From contig JBBPEB010000030.1 in NCBI GenBank assembly GCA_039096225.1, forward strand, positions 1-64,000: a stretch of 64,000 nt of DNA, written 5' to 3'. The notes beneath the pieces are model-generated. The model made no database searches, was not told the DNA's origin, and worked only from the letters and a program-made list of their open reading frames with translations. This stretch comes from Blastocystis sp. Blastoise. Taxonomy: Eukaryota; Protista; Bigyra: Opalinata. Of the stretch, positions 39,901 through 53,303 are shown piece after piece; positions within the stretch are counted from its first letter, which is position 1; every line of letters begins with the position of its first letter. The position numbers were made by a program, and so were the translations under genes.

Positions 39901-41803
39901 GTAATAGCTTGTGCTTTACCAAATACATTCTCATCTTTTAATAAATGATATAAATATTTCAATTTAATTGCAAATACTCTACAAACTAAATCAGGTCTTT
40001 CCCATGCTTCTTGATTAGGATATAAATTATCTACTATTTCTTTCCATTTTGGATTACATGTAAAAGTAATAAAATAATCTGGTTTACCATAATATCTTAC
40101 TATTGTCATTGCATCTAAATAAGCTCCTTTCATATATCTTGGTCCTCCTACAAAACCACTATTTAATATAATAGGTTTTCCTATTCCATTTGTTATTTCT
40201 TCATCTATTACTTGTTCTCTTCTTCTCTGATTATATTGTCGTAACACATTATAAGATTCTGCTCTTAATTTTGATTGATTCATTTCTATAAATGATAATC
40301 GTTGTTCTTCTATTTTAGAATAAGCATCTACAATATATTGTAAGAATAATTTTCCTCCTGATAAGAAATAATTCTTATTAGGAAATGATCTAGGAAAACA
40401 AAGAAAAGAATAAAAATCTTTTAAAGTAAAAGATGATTTCTCATATACAGGATTTCCTATTAAATCTATAGGATATCCTTCATTATTAAATTGTTGATAA
40501 TTAGCTAATAAAGTAATTGATTTTGAAAAATCATCATGAGTTTGTCTTGAAGACTCTCTATCATCATTATCTATTTCATCTTCTTCATTATCTAATAATT
40601 GATTTCTATTATTATATCTACTATTTCTATTTGATTCTCTTTCTATTTGTTCTACTTGAATGTTAGTATTTTCTATTGTATTTGAATTGATTTGAGAATG
40701 TATTTCTATATTATTATTTCTTCTTGGAATATAATTAGGATTTCTTCTTAATTCACTTTTAGATGCAAGAATAAATAATGGAATTCCTGTTGGATAAAAT
40801 ATAGGATAAACCATAGGATCACAAAATGGATTATCATATTTCATTCTTGTGAAATGTTGTCTTATTTCTTCATTCATATTCATATGATTTGTATTATTAT
40901 TATTAAGATGAATTCTTGGATAACATCTAAATTCAGTATGAGGAAATGTTTCCATAGAATTAATAGGAACTATAAGTGCTATTTCATGAGAAGCAGAAGG
41001 AGTATTATATCTTCTTTGATCATCTGAATGTAATGTTTTGAATTTTAATGAAACATCTACTTGTGATATATGAAGATTATTGTTATTAGTTGTAGCAGTA
41101 GTTACTTCTTCATGTAATGTCTTAAAAGCATTCATTAATTCATTATTTAATAATGAATTATGTAATACTCTCATTATTTCTGTATTCAAATTATCATAAT
41201 ATTGATTATTTGATCGAAGTTGAAAAGCTTCTTCTTGATCATAAATATATATTTGATTATAATTAGGAGTAATACCTTCAGGAGGATATAAATCAGCCAT
41301 AGAATGATATATATTTCCATGTACTTTATAGAAATATATTCCATTATTATCTAATCTTGTTTGTGTATCAGTACATGACATAGAAGCAAAAGCTATTGAA
41401 TTATTATATCTACGAATATCTTTTTTAAATTGTTTTGAAGAATCTGTATTATCATTCAATAAGTTTTGAATCGATATATCTGGTTCTGATAATGAACCTA
41501 AATGAACTTTTCCATTACGACAACAACCACTATATTGACTATTCTTTAATATAATATTTCCTTCTGTGTCAAGTGTCCATTGTCTTCTTCTTTTTGTATA
41601 TATTATTGTATTATTTATTGTATCATTATATGAATTTGATGGTTCTTCAAAAAATGTTGTATCATAGTTTATAGTCCATATAAATTTGTTTCGTTCATGT
41701 TCAAAATGTAAAGCATTACAACATGGACATTTAAATATCATTTTACCCAAATCATAATATTCATACTTATTATTATTTTCATCAATTATTTGATAAGAGT
41801 TTC
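36930..41803 (-). CDS. Helitron RepHel transposase B2, catalytic exon
   Basis: Same motifs as B1. Constant 12780-bp offset. About 20 aa differences by eye. Confidence 0.97.
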
Positions 41804-41874
41804 CTATATACAAAAAAAATAGTTAAATATTGATGATTGATTGAAATTATTACTATTATTTTATTTTTATATAC

Positions 41875-43685
41875 TTAGTATTGATGAACATATTATATTT
41901 GGTAATGGATATATTGTTATATCTTCTATTTGTTGACTGTTGTTGTTTATTTCTATAAAAATATATTATATAATTTATTTATATGAAATATTATAGAATA
42001 GTATATACGGGTATTGTCATCGATAAAAAGTGATATATTAATATTAGAATCAATATATTGTTGATTAACATTATTATTTTGCAAAACATTCATAATCTGA
42101 TCATTATTAGAATGAGAAGGGTCGTCATAGTCAAGTTGTGTTACAATAATAGTATTATTTACTGTTTGAAACTGTTCTGAATTATCAGCAATATTTTCTT
42201 CATTTTCATTATTAATTATATTATTTTCTGTCTCATTTATTCTAGTTTCAATTGTTATGTTTTCATTTATATCTATATCTTCCATATGAAAAGTTAAATT
42301 TCCTATATTTTGCTCAAAAGGATTAATCAAAGAATTGTTTTGTGAATTACAATCACTCAATTCAATTTGTTGTGATTCACTATTAATAAAAGTCATAAAA
42401 TTATTACAATTTATGGCATCCTGTGATTCAACTTCAAATTGATCATGATTAAAAGTAATATTATTATTATTACAATAATAGTTTTGATTTGCCAGATAAA
42501 TATTATTAGAAGTGTTTTCATTTATTTCATTGTAAAGATTATTATCAATGATTTCATAAACAGATTTATCAGAATCGATGGATATTGAGTCACTATTAAT
42601 AGTGTTGCTATTTATGTTAGTATCATCTGCAATCATATTGTCATTACTGAATACTTCTTTTACCGACTGAATAACATTATTTTTACCTGTAGAATGTTTT
42701 GAATTTAAAATTTGCTCTTGTATAATATTATTTTGATTTTGTTGTTTAAAAACTATAAAGGAATTGGTTATTAAATAACAGTAGTATAATTATTATTTAA
42801 AAAAGTAATAATATAAAAAAAACATAGAACTAAAATTCTTTCGTAAAATTTTTAGATTTATCAAATATTATTTTTATGTATTAGAATTATTATGTTGATC
42901 ACATCTGTTCAGTGTTTAAATAAATAATAATAAAACAAAACAAAATAAAAAAAATTATCATAGAATTGTTTATAATAGATCAGAATAAAAAAGATATAAA
43001 ATTAGAATAAAAGCATATTAATCAGGATAAATAAATGAATAATGAATAAACAATATATATAATATATATAATATATATAATATATATAATATATATGTTA
43101 TATACTACTATTATCAGATTCAAAGGAAGAATCAGAATCTTGATCATTTAGCAGCTGAATAATTTTTGATAATTTATCCAATTTTGATTTTCTTTTTTTA
43201 GGTTTGGTTACTATATAAAATATAATTAATACAAAAAAATAATCATAAATAATTATATACTATTTTTATTATTATCTTCTGGCTTCTTGTCCTCATTTGC
43301 CCTAAGACTGATAACAGAACTGTTATTCATAAAATGAATATCAGTTTTTGCTGTATCGGCATCATTCTTTCCATTTGCTAAATATATATATATATCTAAT
43401 AAGTATAATAGGTATTATATAAAAAATAAAAATATTTATATTTACATACCCAAACTTACAACACTGAAGGTTTTTGATATAACATCTAATAGATTGGGTA
43501 GATATTCTTCAATAATATCTTTAGCTATATTGGAAAGAATAATATAAGGAATACAATAATATATATAAATACTTTGATGAAGACCACTCACAGATAAAAG
43601 AGTACTCTTATCAAAAGTTATTGATGTATTAGTATTCTTATAGCCTATACATATAGTAAAATTATATCTATATGTATAGTAATAG

Positions 43686-43719
<34 letters not shown>

Positions 43720-44836
43720 GTAATAGTATATCTATATGTATAGTAATAGTATATATATATTTATAGCATACCTTTACCAATAATATTGAAACCATGATTA
43801 GACCCATTTTTCCCATCAGCATACTGGTCATTATCATTAGTTTCCTTGTTGTATTTTATCTTTTTAACAAAACCGTTTTCATCTTGATTATTATATAATT
43901 GACCTTTAGGAGGAGAAGAAAAATGAAATGATTTGTCTGAATCTATTTATAATAAAAAAAAATAGATATATAAAACATATATAATTATAATACAATATAA
44001 TAGATATTACTAACTAATTATATATAATAATTTTCATTATACATAAAATTGAAATATATGTACATTATATATATATATATATATTATATATCTAATCTGC
44101 TTATATAAATAAATAATTGCTACAAAATTAGGAATAAAATATACCCAATATTCCTGAATCAGATGAAGAAGATGTATATTTCTTATTATGATCAAATACT
44201 TGTTTTTCTATATAATGATATAATGGGTAGTATAATTTTAATTTATAGAAATTAAACATGATAGAGAAATATAAAATAATTAATAAAAAGAAAAATAATA
44301 TCTTTTTATATTAGTATAAGATAAGTAAATACTCAGAAAATTATTATTATTTCTATTCTTATCCGCATATGTAACTGGAGATTGACTATTATCTAAAAAT
44401 TATATACAAATGATAAGCATAAGTATAATAATACATATAGTATAAAAATTATTGGAGACAAATTATATAATAATAATACAATAAATAATATAGTTACAAT
44501 TTGAGTGTCCACTATTGTTATTAGCATGTGTACAACTCTTTTCATGTTCATGAAATTCTATAAAAGATAAACAAAACAAAAAGAAATATAGGCAATATAA
44601 ATCATAGAATAGAATAGAAAGATGAGAATCTAAATACCTTTATCATCACATTTTGAATATAAACGTGTAGGGGCTATAAAAAACAATTAAAGAAAATATA
44701 ATCAAATTAAAAATAAAATACTTAAAGAAGGTAAAGCAGATAATATGGTGAAGGTATCTGATTTATTTTTTAATGGCTTTAGTTTACAATCTAAATATAT
44801 AAGAATTATTGATTAATAGTAGTTACTTAATAGAAG

Positions 44837-44888
<52 letters not shown>

Positions 44889-46912
44889 TAATTCAATATT
44901 TATTATTTTATTTTAATATAATAATAATATCAGTATTTATGGTTAAAAATTAATTATATATAAACAGATTTATAGATATATGTAGTAGTGGAATAAGGTC
45001 TATAATTTATTTATACCATTATGTAAGTGTTCATCAATAAAAGTATCTAAGAAAAGTGATAACATATTATAATATATAAAAATACTTTTATTATTAGAAA
45101 TACAACTTGATAGATTAGTTTTATCCAGTAGTTTAACTTCGGCTTCTATATATTAAAAAATTTATATCAAATATTTTTAATTAACATGATATAGAAAGAT
45201 ATAAGTTATATATTTATTATACCTTTAGAATGAATAGTTTCGCAATCAACATCAATAATTTCATTATCTGTTCTTTTTGGTTCTGTTTCTATTATAAAAA
45301 TAGATATATGAAAAATATTCAAAACATATATATATAATATATATTTATTTCAATACCTTGACTTCTGTGACTTAATACTTGAATAGAATTGATACTGAGG
45401 TCTGTATTATCTATTATAAAACAAAAATTAAATTATAAAGGCATATATATATATATATATATATATAGAAGTTACAATAGTTATTTTTGTTTCTAAATAT
45501 ATTAAATATATATTTTGAAAATTAAAATACCTTTAGTATTGTTATCTAAAATTTTAGAATTAAAAGAATTTTCTATAACTATATATAAATAATATAAATC
45601 AATAATAGATTATAATATACCCTTATTATCCTTTTTATTGTCACATAAAGAATCATCTATATATAATATATATAATATAATATAATATATATATATATAT
45701 ATCTACTCTCAGTATTTGTATACACTGGAATAGAATTAGTACTATCATCTATATATATATATATATATATATAAATATAAAGAACCATTTTATAATAGAT
45801 AGTATATACCTTTAGATGAATTATTCGTAATTTTAGATAGAGTATCTTCTAGAAAGTGAATAATAATAACGAATATATATAACATACTATCACTGATTCT
45901 ATTAGGGGAAGAAAGGTTATTAACATCTTCTATATATTTATATATAGTTTCTTTTTCAAATAATAAAGTACTTTTATCATTTTTGTTGTTCTTGGGTAAC
46001 TCAATACTTTCTATATAAAATAATTTTACATTATATAGATTCATAAATATTTTAATACTTTCATTGTTATTATTATTGATTACTTTAAAACATGAAGAAT
46101 TTTCTATATAGAAAGAAATTATGTTTATATAATATTGACATAATATAATAATAATATATTATATGAAATATTTTATATATTTTACTAAGAAAAATTCTTT
46201 TATTTAAATAAATACCTTTTTCTAAAGGAGGAATGTTTTCTGGAACTGGTATTGATTCAACATGATTTATACCTATTATAATATGTTATAAGGATACTAC
46301 AATGATAAATGAATACTCTCAGAAGTCTTGTCAACAGTTATTGTTTGAATATTTATTGATTCTTTAGATATAGAATCATCTATAAAAATATGAATAACTA
46401 TAATAATAACAATAGTAATAAAAACATAAAATATTATTTATATTTAATATTGAAAAAGTTTAATATATAAAAAATAGTTGATTGCGATAGTGAAAAGCTA
46501 TATATACCTTTGTCTGTGTTACAAAGAGACTTCTGAGAAAAATTAATTTCTGAAATGGAAACATTTTGTTTACTTTCTAAAAAAAATAATGGTTTTCATA
46601 TTTATTATTTACTTTCACAACTGTTAATAACTACTGGAGACCCGTCATTAGTATTGCGAGAATCTAAATAGGAATCATGATCAAAATTTTTAAATATGTA
46701 TAGAAAGATTTCATTCTATACAAAAAAATACCTTCATCTATAAGACTACTTTGACTACTTATGTCCTGGTCTATAGTTAAACAGAAAATAGTATATTTAT
46801 AGAATGAATGAGTTAAAAAGACAATATAAGAAAACCAACTTTGAAAACGTCTCTTCTGCATTTTCTTTTTTTGTTGAATCTTCTTTTGATATGCTTTATT
46901 ATAACTATTCAT
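41875..46912 (-). CDS. Spliced N-terminal extension of RepHel B2 (~28 phase-1 exons)
   Basis: ATG 46912 (MNSYNKAYQKK...). Exons 46912-46840, 46770-46732, 46663-46613, 46576-46508, 46379-46317 and onward join in frame to the RepHel exon. Confidence 0.72.
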
Positions 46913-47873
46913 ACATAAATAAATATGAGTGATCTTTTCTTATTTTCATATACAATTATTATTGATAAACGGGGAAAAACAAAACTTCAAACAATAATTT
47001 AAATTATTCACAATTATTTAAACTGACTTTCTTAAAAAATTTAAAACTTGTTTTTTTTCAATATTAATTTTTTAAGTTATCTATTGTCACTGTTGATTTT
47101 CTTAACGTTAACAATGATGTCTATGAATCTATGATGGTTATCAACTAATTGCTATTGCTATCCTAGAATAGTATGTCAAAATTATTGATAAATATTAGTA
47201 ACTTCTGTAGTAGAATGAGTTAGTATTGTTCTACTGCTTAAAAAATTAATTCAGAGTTTGTCCAGATGTTCATAATTATTTGTTATTGATGTTGTGTTAA
47301 TTCTGTATCCAAAATGATGTATGAAACTCAAGCTGTGATTTAGACTTCATGAACGTTTTCCTTATTTTGATTTTCTTCTTCTTCAGTGGTTAGATGTAGA
47401 TGTTTTGTCAGTTTTACTAATTGCTATTTATTTATTTTTGTTATTTTTATTCTTTAGATTTGATTATTTAGTCTTTATTTATTAGTCTTTTACTTTATCA
47501 CGTTTGATTTTTTTGTATTTTTTTATTTATGATTGTTTCTTCTTAATCATAATATTTTTTTGATTTAGTAGCTATTTTTGTCTATCGTTGAAATTTTTTA
47601 TAATTATTGATTGTATTATTTCTGTATTAATTATTAATTTATTCTTTATTAGTTTTATCATCTCATTTATTATTGTTTTGATTTTAAATGGCTATCAATT
47701 AATTTATTTAGATCTTCTATTTATACTACTCATTAAAGATGTTGTTATTGAGTATTTATTAGTATATGGTTGTACTGTTTTCTAATTTTATTTGATGCTG
47801 TTTTTTCTATATATTTATTATTTAGTATTTATTTCTTTATCTATATTACTTTTTATAAATATATCATTTGGCT

Positions 47874-47946
47874 GTATCTATGCTCAGTATGGGAGCAGTA
47901 ATTTTATTATGAATTACTATCAGGTTCAAACCCTGATATAGATTAC
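47874..47946 (+). ncRNA. tRNA-like cloverleaf (non-canonical; possible Pol III unit or pseudo-tRNA)
   Basis: Stems ATCTA/TAGAT, TGCTC/GAGCA (loop AGTATGG), GTAATT/AATTAC and TATCAGG/CCTGATA (loop TTCAAAC). B-box-like GGTTCAAACCC. Confidence 0.55.
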
Positions 47947-48619
47947 AAAATATTGTTTTACAGAATCTAGATATTTATATATTATTCATATTGAAGATTT
48001 TCTCTTAATTCGGTAATTATATGTATATTATTTTATACAATAATTTATGAAATGAACTTCTCACTAATGTCATAATTTCGAATAAATATTTCTAGGTCTT
48101 AAAAGTAGTATATTTTTCAAGATCAAACTGAATGGGCAGATAAAAGAGTGTTATTCTTTTTTATTTATTTGAATATAAACATTAAAATGAGTATTCTATT
48201 AGAATCAAGAAAACATGAATAAAAATTTTTAATATAAAAAGTCAGAATTCATTAATCTTCTACTTTACGAACATAAACTTATATAAAGATATTCAAATAA
48301 TACAATATAAAAAGAAATATTTAACAGTAATTAATAACTTTTTTAAGTAATAAAGACATCTTAACGATTTGTTTTTTCAATTTGTGTATTTCTATATAGT
48401 AATGTTGTAACAAAACAGCTACACTAACAATTTCAAACGAATTTTTGTTAATCATGTTATAAATAATTGAAAAATTCTTGACAATCAATAAGAATGATAA
48501 GTGTTTATGACCCCAAGTAAATTTATATATGTAAAAAAAACGTTTTTATATCATATATACAATGACTTTTACGCGATTGGAATATATTTATAAAGATATG
48601 GTCAATTTCAAAATTTGTC

Positions 48620-50788
48620 TATTTTTTTATCACGTTTATTTCAACAATTGTAGTCGTACTAAGACTCAATTAATACTTTTATATTCATTTCTACAAAAAT
48701 TGTCTTGAATCTCTTGACATAAGACAGTCAAACAAACAAATTACTACTTTTTTACGACATAAACATACCGTAAAAAGCTAATATTAGTGATTTGTATTAA
48801 ATATGATATTTATGACATGAATAACAGTGTTTTTTAAAATCATGAGCCAACATTTCCATTTACTCATTCACTCTTCAAACTTTTTTTTGACAGATTTTTT
48901 TAGAAATGCAATACACATAACGTGTAGTTATCAAATATGTAAAAATTAATTGTCAAATATGAATTTGATTTGTCAACTTTCTGAAAATTTTGAGAAAAAA
49001 GATTTTTCAATTTTCAGTTTTTTAACATGTTATACTATTGACTCTACTGAACTCATTTTTTTATTAATCTCAAATATTAAAAATTATATTATTAATATGT
49101 GTTATTCTCTGTATTAATTTGTTAAAATTATTTAAAATAATTAAATATTGACTGAGAAATTAATGTTATAAAGTATACCCTTTTTTCAAAAATTAATTTT
49201 TTTATGTTTTGCATATATAATTTTTTATCTCAAAAGTTATTCTATATTTTGATAATATTTTTATAAATATATAAACTATAGGTTGTCTAGTTTATAAATA
49301 AGTTTTATTTATTTTTTAAAAATTAATATTGATGGAGAAATTGTCAAAATAAACTATAGTATCAAAAATGTTTTCTTCTTTTTAAACGACTTATTTCACT
49401 AATTAAAGATTTTTAAAAACTAATTTTCTTATTTAAAGCTTATTTATGACGTTCACAACTCATAATGACTGATAACTTACTTTTTAGAACAAACATTGTC
49501 AGTATCAGTTCAACATGTTGTCTTAACTTTTGTAAATAAGTCACACAAAGTGTCTATGAGTGATTCTAAACACGAATTGAAACGTTTTAAGAGTTTATTG
49601 AGTTAACATTGTCTGGTGATCTGTTGTCAAAGTCTTTTAAAAACAAAATAAAATTGTAAAATATGTTTATTTTGATATGTAGTTTTTGAATATAGTGTCA
49701 AATGTCAAATATGCTTGTTAATGATGAAAATATAAACAAAAAACAAATGAAAAATTTTTGAGAAAAATTTCAAAAGTCTTTTCTTTATTGAGTTTAACTA
49801 TTGTCTCCTGTGACTTCATTTTTTAATATTTTAAAAAAATGGCAAAAACGGATGACATTTAGGTCGTCCTATATCTAAATAAGCTTTAACCTTTTTATTT
49901 TATAAAATATTGACTGAGATCTGATGATAACAAAATATACCATTTTTAGAAAAATTTCATTTTTATGTTTTTAATATAAATTAACATATCTCGGTCAATA
50001 TTGGATATTAAACAAAAATATAAAAAATGGATGACATCTAGGTTGTCTTGTTTACAAATATGCTTTTATTTTTATTATATATTGAATATTGACTGAGATC
50101 TGATGATAACAAAATTGGGTATCAAAGATGAAAAATTTTTATAAACAAATATTTCTCTTTTAAAACATATTATTAAAATATAAAACATATTTATGACGGA
50201 TATAGAGTTAAATAAATACATTAAAGCTCAAATAAGTTTATAAAGAAGGAATGTGTTGGATATCAGTTTGTCTTTTGTCGTTATTTAAAAGATTTATTGT
50301 TGTTTCAGAGTAGTTAAGGTCATTGTCATGACAACTGAAACCACTTTAGAGTTTATAGTTAGTGATCTGTGTATTGATATGTTGTCAAGTTGTAAATATA
50401 AACAAATCTACCCGTCAAAACTATTTATATAACTAACCCGTCAATAAAAGTCAATTTTATAAAAATAAATATAGAGTATGTGAATAGATATAGGAAAAAT
50501 AAAAAAACAATAAAAAATGAAAAACGAAAAATAAGTGTTTTTATAAAAATGAAAAATATTGGATAAAATAAAAATAATCCAATAATTTTGGTTAAAATTT
50601 TGTGCGAAAATGGTTTTTTGCGATTTTTAGCCAGAAATTTAGAATTTTCGAAAAATTTTTTTAACAGTCATTTTCAGAATTGTGTTCCGGTTTTTATGAT
50701 GTTATTTTTATTTTATAAAAGTTAATAATAAAGTCAATAAAGGTGAAATTGTGTGAGACACCGTACTTTTGCAGAACTAAATTAAGGA
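48620..50788 (-). repeat. Family-B non-coding 5' leader (inverted homolog of 31420-~33600)
   Basis: Reverse-complement match to 31420-~33270 at high identity, decaying to ~33600. A partial third copy lies at ~52310-52769. Confidence 0.9.
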
Positions 50789-50808
50789 TATTAATGATAT
50801 ATATATAC

Positions 50809-51387
50809 TCTCTATAACATGACTGTTTTCTTGAGTTGACAATTGACTTATAGATAGAATCATTGAATCCATTACTATATAATATAAAAAATAAAAATAT
50901 TTAAAACATTCGTGTTGTTAAAAAAATTATAATAAAGAAATAAAATATATATACCTGATGCAATTGTTGCAATATTGCTATTGTTACGTTTAGCTTCACT
51001 CCCAGTTGGACTTTGAGCTGCATTGTCTATAGATGTTAAGTACCTATCATAAAATAATAAATATACCTTGAGACTCTAAATCTTCTGACTTCTTATTGTC
51101 CCTCTGTTTATCAATATTAACTGATTCTGCTGATTCTAAAGATACATTATGTATTTAGAATAATGGAGTATAAGAATATACCTTCAGTTGTTATTGAAAC
51201 CTGAGATACATCTATTTCTTGCTGAGCTATATACATGTAAAGATAAAACATGAATATATTGATATATATAATAAAATATGTGACAGAATGGTAAGATATA
51301 TAAGAAAAACATACAGCTTTGAGATCTGCGTTGTTGCATATCTTCTTTGTGTTGCTTTTTCTTTGAATACTCTTTGCCAAATGTCAT
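50809..51387 (-). CDS. B1 RepHel exons 1-5
   Basis: ATG 51387 MTFGKEYSKKKQHKEDMQQRRSQS resembles B2 exon 1. Five phase-1 exons, the last donor lying 20 nt from the B2 insertion point. Confidence 0.65.
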
Positions 51388-52769
51388 GATAGCTTATTAA
51401 TATATATGTTTTTCTTTGACAGAAGATATTATTTATAAGATAATAGTTCTTATATTCTTGTTAATAATAAATAATAGAGTGAAAAAATCTTTTTCCCCAT
51501 GTTTTTGTTTTAGTAGATGACCTTCAAAAAACAAACTTTCAGCTGGAAGATCAGTTTTAAAATGTCTTTTCTTAAATAAATATTTCAAAAGAATATATCC
51601 ATTTTATAAATCTAACACTGGTTTGATTCATGAAGTCAACAGAAGCAAATATAAAGGCATAGTAGTAGAAATTATGAACAAAATCCGCCAATTTGTTTGT
51701 ATCATATCAAATAACTTTATAGCTTCAAATGGAAGCATGTAGTGTGTGTAAATCCTGATTGTGGTGAAGTCTAAATTTAGTTATAATTACTAAAACCGTA
51801 TTTAGCCAGATTTTGAAAAGTATTGCTTTTTTAAAGTATATATATTTAGAATAGCATTATATTTACTCTTATTTTCTATTTGAATCGCTTTATCTATAGT
51901 AGATAAATAAAAACACGTAAATGAGTAAAGAATTGTCAGTATCATAAAATAAAAAGGACTTCCTACGTCATAGTAATCGTTTACAGCCATTGTAGTTTAC
52001 TAAACTGAACAAACATGATGTTGACACATGTTATAGAATGCATTCTTATTTTTAAGACTGACTCAAACATGGTCATTGATATTAAATATGCTATAAAGTA
52101 CTGCTGGTAATAGTTTGTTATTCACTTATGATTCTCATATATGGAATCACTTTTAATAAATAATAAATTGTAAAAATATATATATATTTGGGGTATCTAT
52201 AATATTAGATAAGCAAAACCATTTATGTAATAAACGCTATAACTACAACCTAGTAGTTTTAATCTTTATTAATCAAAAGTATACACATTTTGACACATAG
52301 GTAAAAAAACAACCACGTTTATTTCCAATAATGTTTTGACTAATAACAGTATTAAACACTCTAATAATTAATTTTACAAACAGTGAATTGAATCTCTTGT
52401 TTTAAGGCACGTAAACACACAATTCAAAACTGTTTTAACCTTAAAATTTGATATTTAGACGTAATATTTACACATTAGACTATATGTATCCTTCAAGACA
52501 TATTTGACTACTTTTTAACAACTTTAGAGCCAACATGTCCAGTTTGTCATTCACTCCTCAACTCCACTTTTGACTATTTTTTTTAGAAATGCAATACACA
52601 TATACTCTAGTTTTCAAATATATAAAAATTAATTGTCAAATATGAATTTGATTTGTCAACTTTCAGAAAATTTTTAGAAAAATGATTTTTCAATTTTCAG
52701 TTTTTTAACATGTTATACTATTGACTCTACTAAACTCATTTCTTAATTAATTTTAAATATTAAAAATTA

Positions 52770-52915
52770 GAGGCATTGTTAGAAATACCCAAAAAATACC
52801 ATAATTATTTTAACCTACCCAAAAAAAAAACGAATTGTTAGAAATACCCAAAAATATTCAAAATTTTTGTTAAAATACCCAAAAATTTTACAAAATTGTT
52901 AGAAATACCCAAAAC
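52770..52915 (+). repeat. Putative MULE left TIR with ~5 TTGTTAGAAATACCCAAAA-type repeats at ~30-bp spacing
   Basis: Repeats at ~52776, 52808 (degenerate), 52834, 52867 and 52895. Confidence 0.75.
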
Positions 52916-53303
52916 TTTTTCAAGACTCTAAACGATTGGTACTTTGAAAACACAAATTTCTTAATAACCAATTAAAATTCTTTTTCTTTATTTTGTTAGA
53001 ATTAGAAAAAAAACTCCAGAATATTTTTATATTTGATTTATTATATTTCACAAGTGAAGCTTATACTATGTAAGACATTAAAAAAATTTAATAAATTCTC
53101 ATAATAATGAAGAAAAATAACTATCTAAGTTAAAACCAGCATTTCATTTTACATATTTTATATAATTGCTAGAATTTTTAAACTAAATATAATATAAATA
53201 TTTCAGATACTTTTATCAATTGACTGGAGTCATTTATAATGTAATAATATATAGTACTGCTCTCAAATAAAGCATTTAGAAAACAACAATGCTAATTTTC
53301 CTG

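Larger units (their letters stand above)
36687..50788 (-). mobile_element. Helitron family B, copy B2 (complete, ~14.1 kb, apparently autonomous), nested in a B1 intron
   Basis: 5' A|TC at 50788, 3' hairpin and CTTG|T at 36687. The flanks rejoin as a B1 intron whose GT donor is at 50808-50807. Confidence 0.9.
23913..52769 (-). mobile_element. Helitron family B, copy B1 (interrupted by three nested elements; 5' end predicted beyond the MULE)
   Basis: 3' hairpin and CTTG end at 23913. RepHel exon 24150-29023. Its exon chain continues across both nested Helitrons to ATG 51387. Leader homology at ~52310-52769 stops exactly at the MULE TIR. Confidence 0.8.

Noticed and set aside
47874-47946. Functional decoding tRNA
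   Set aside because: 5-bp acceptor, 7-bp T stem, 8-nt anticodon-position loop and no U8-A9 linker. Kept only as tRNA-like.
31420-50788. A 19-kb element with ~1.9-kb terminal inverted repeats (Maverick/foldback-like)
   Set aside because: The two arms are the 5' leaders of two oppositely oriented Helitrons, each with its own 3' hairpin end and a clean A^T empty site. There is no TSD, polymerase or integrase.
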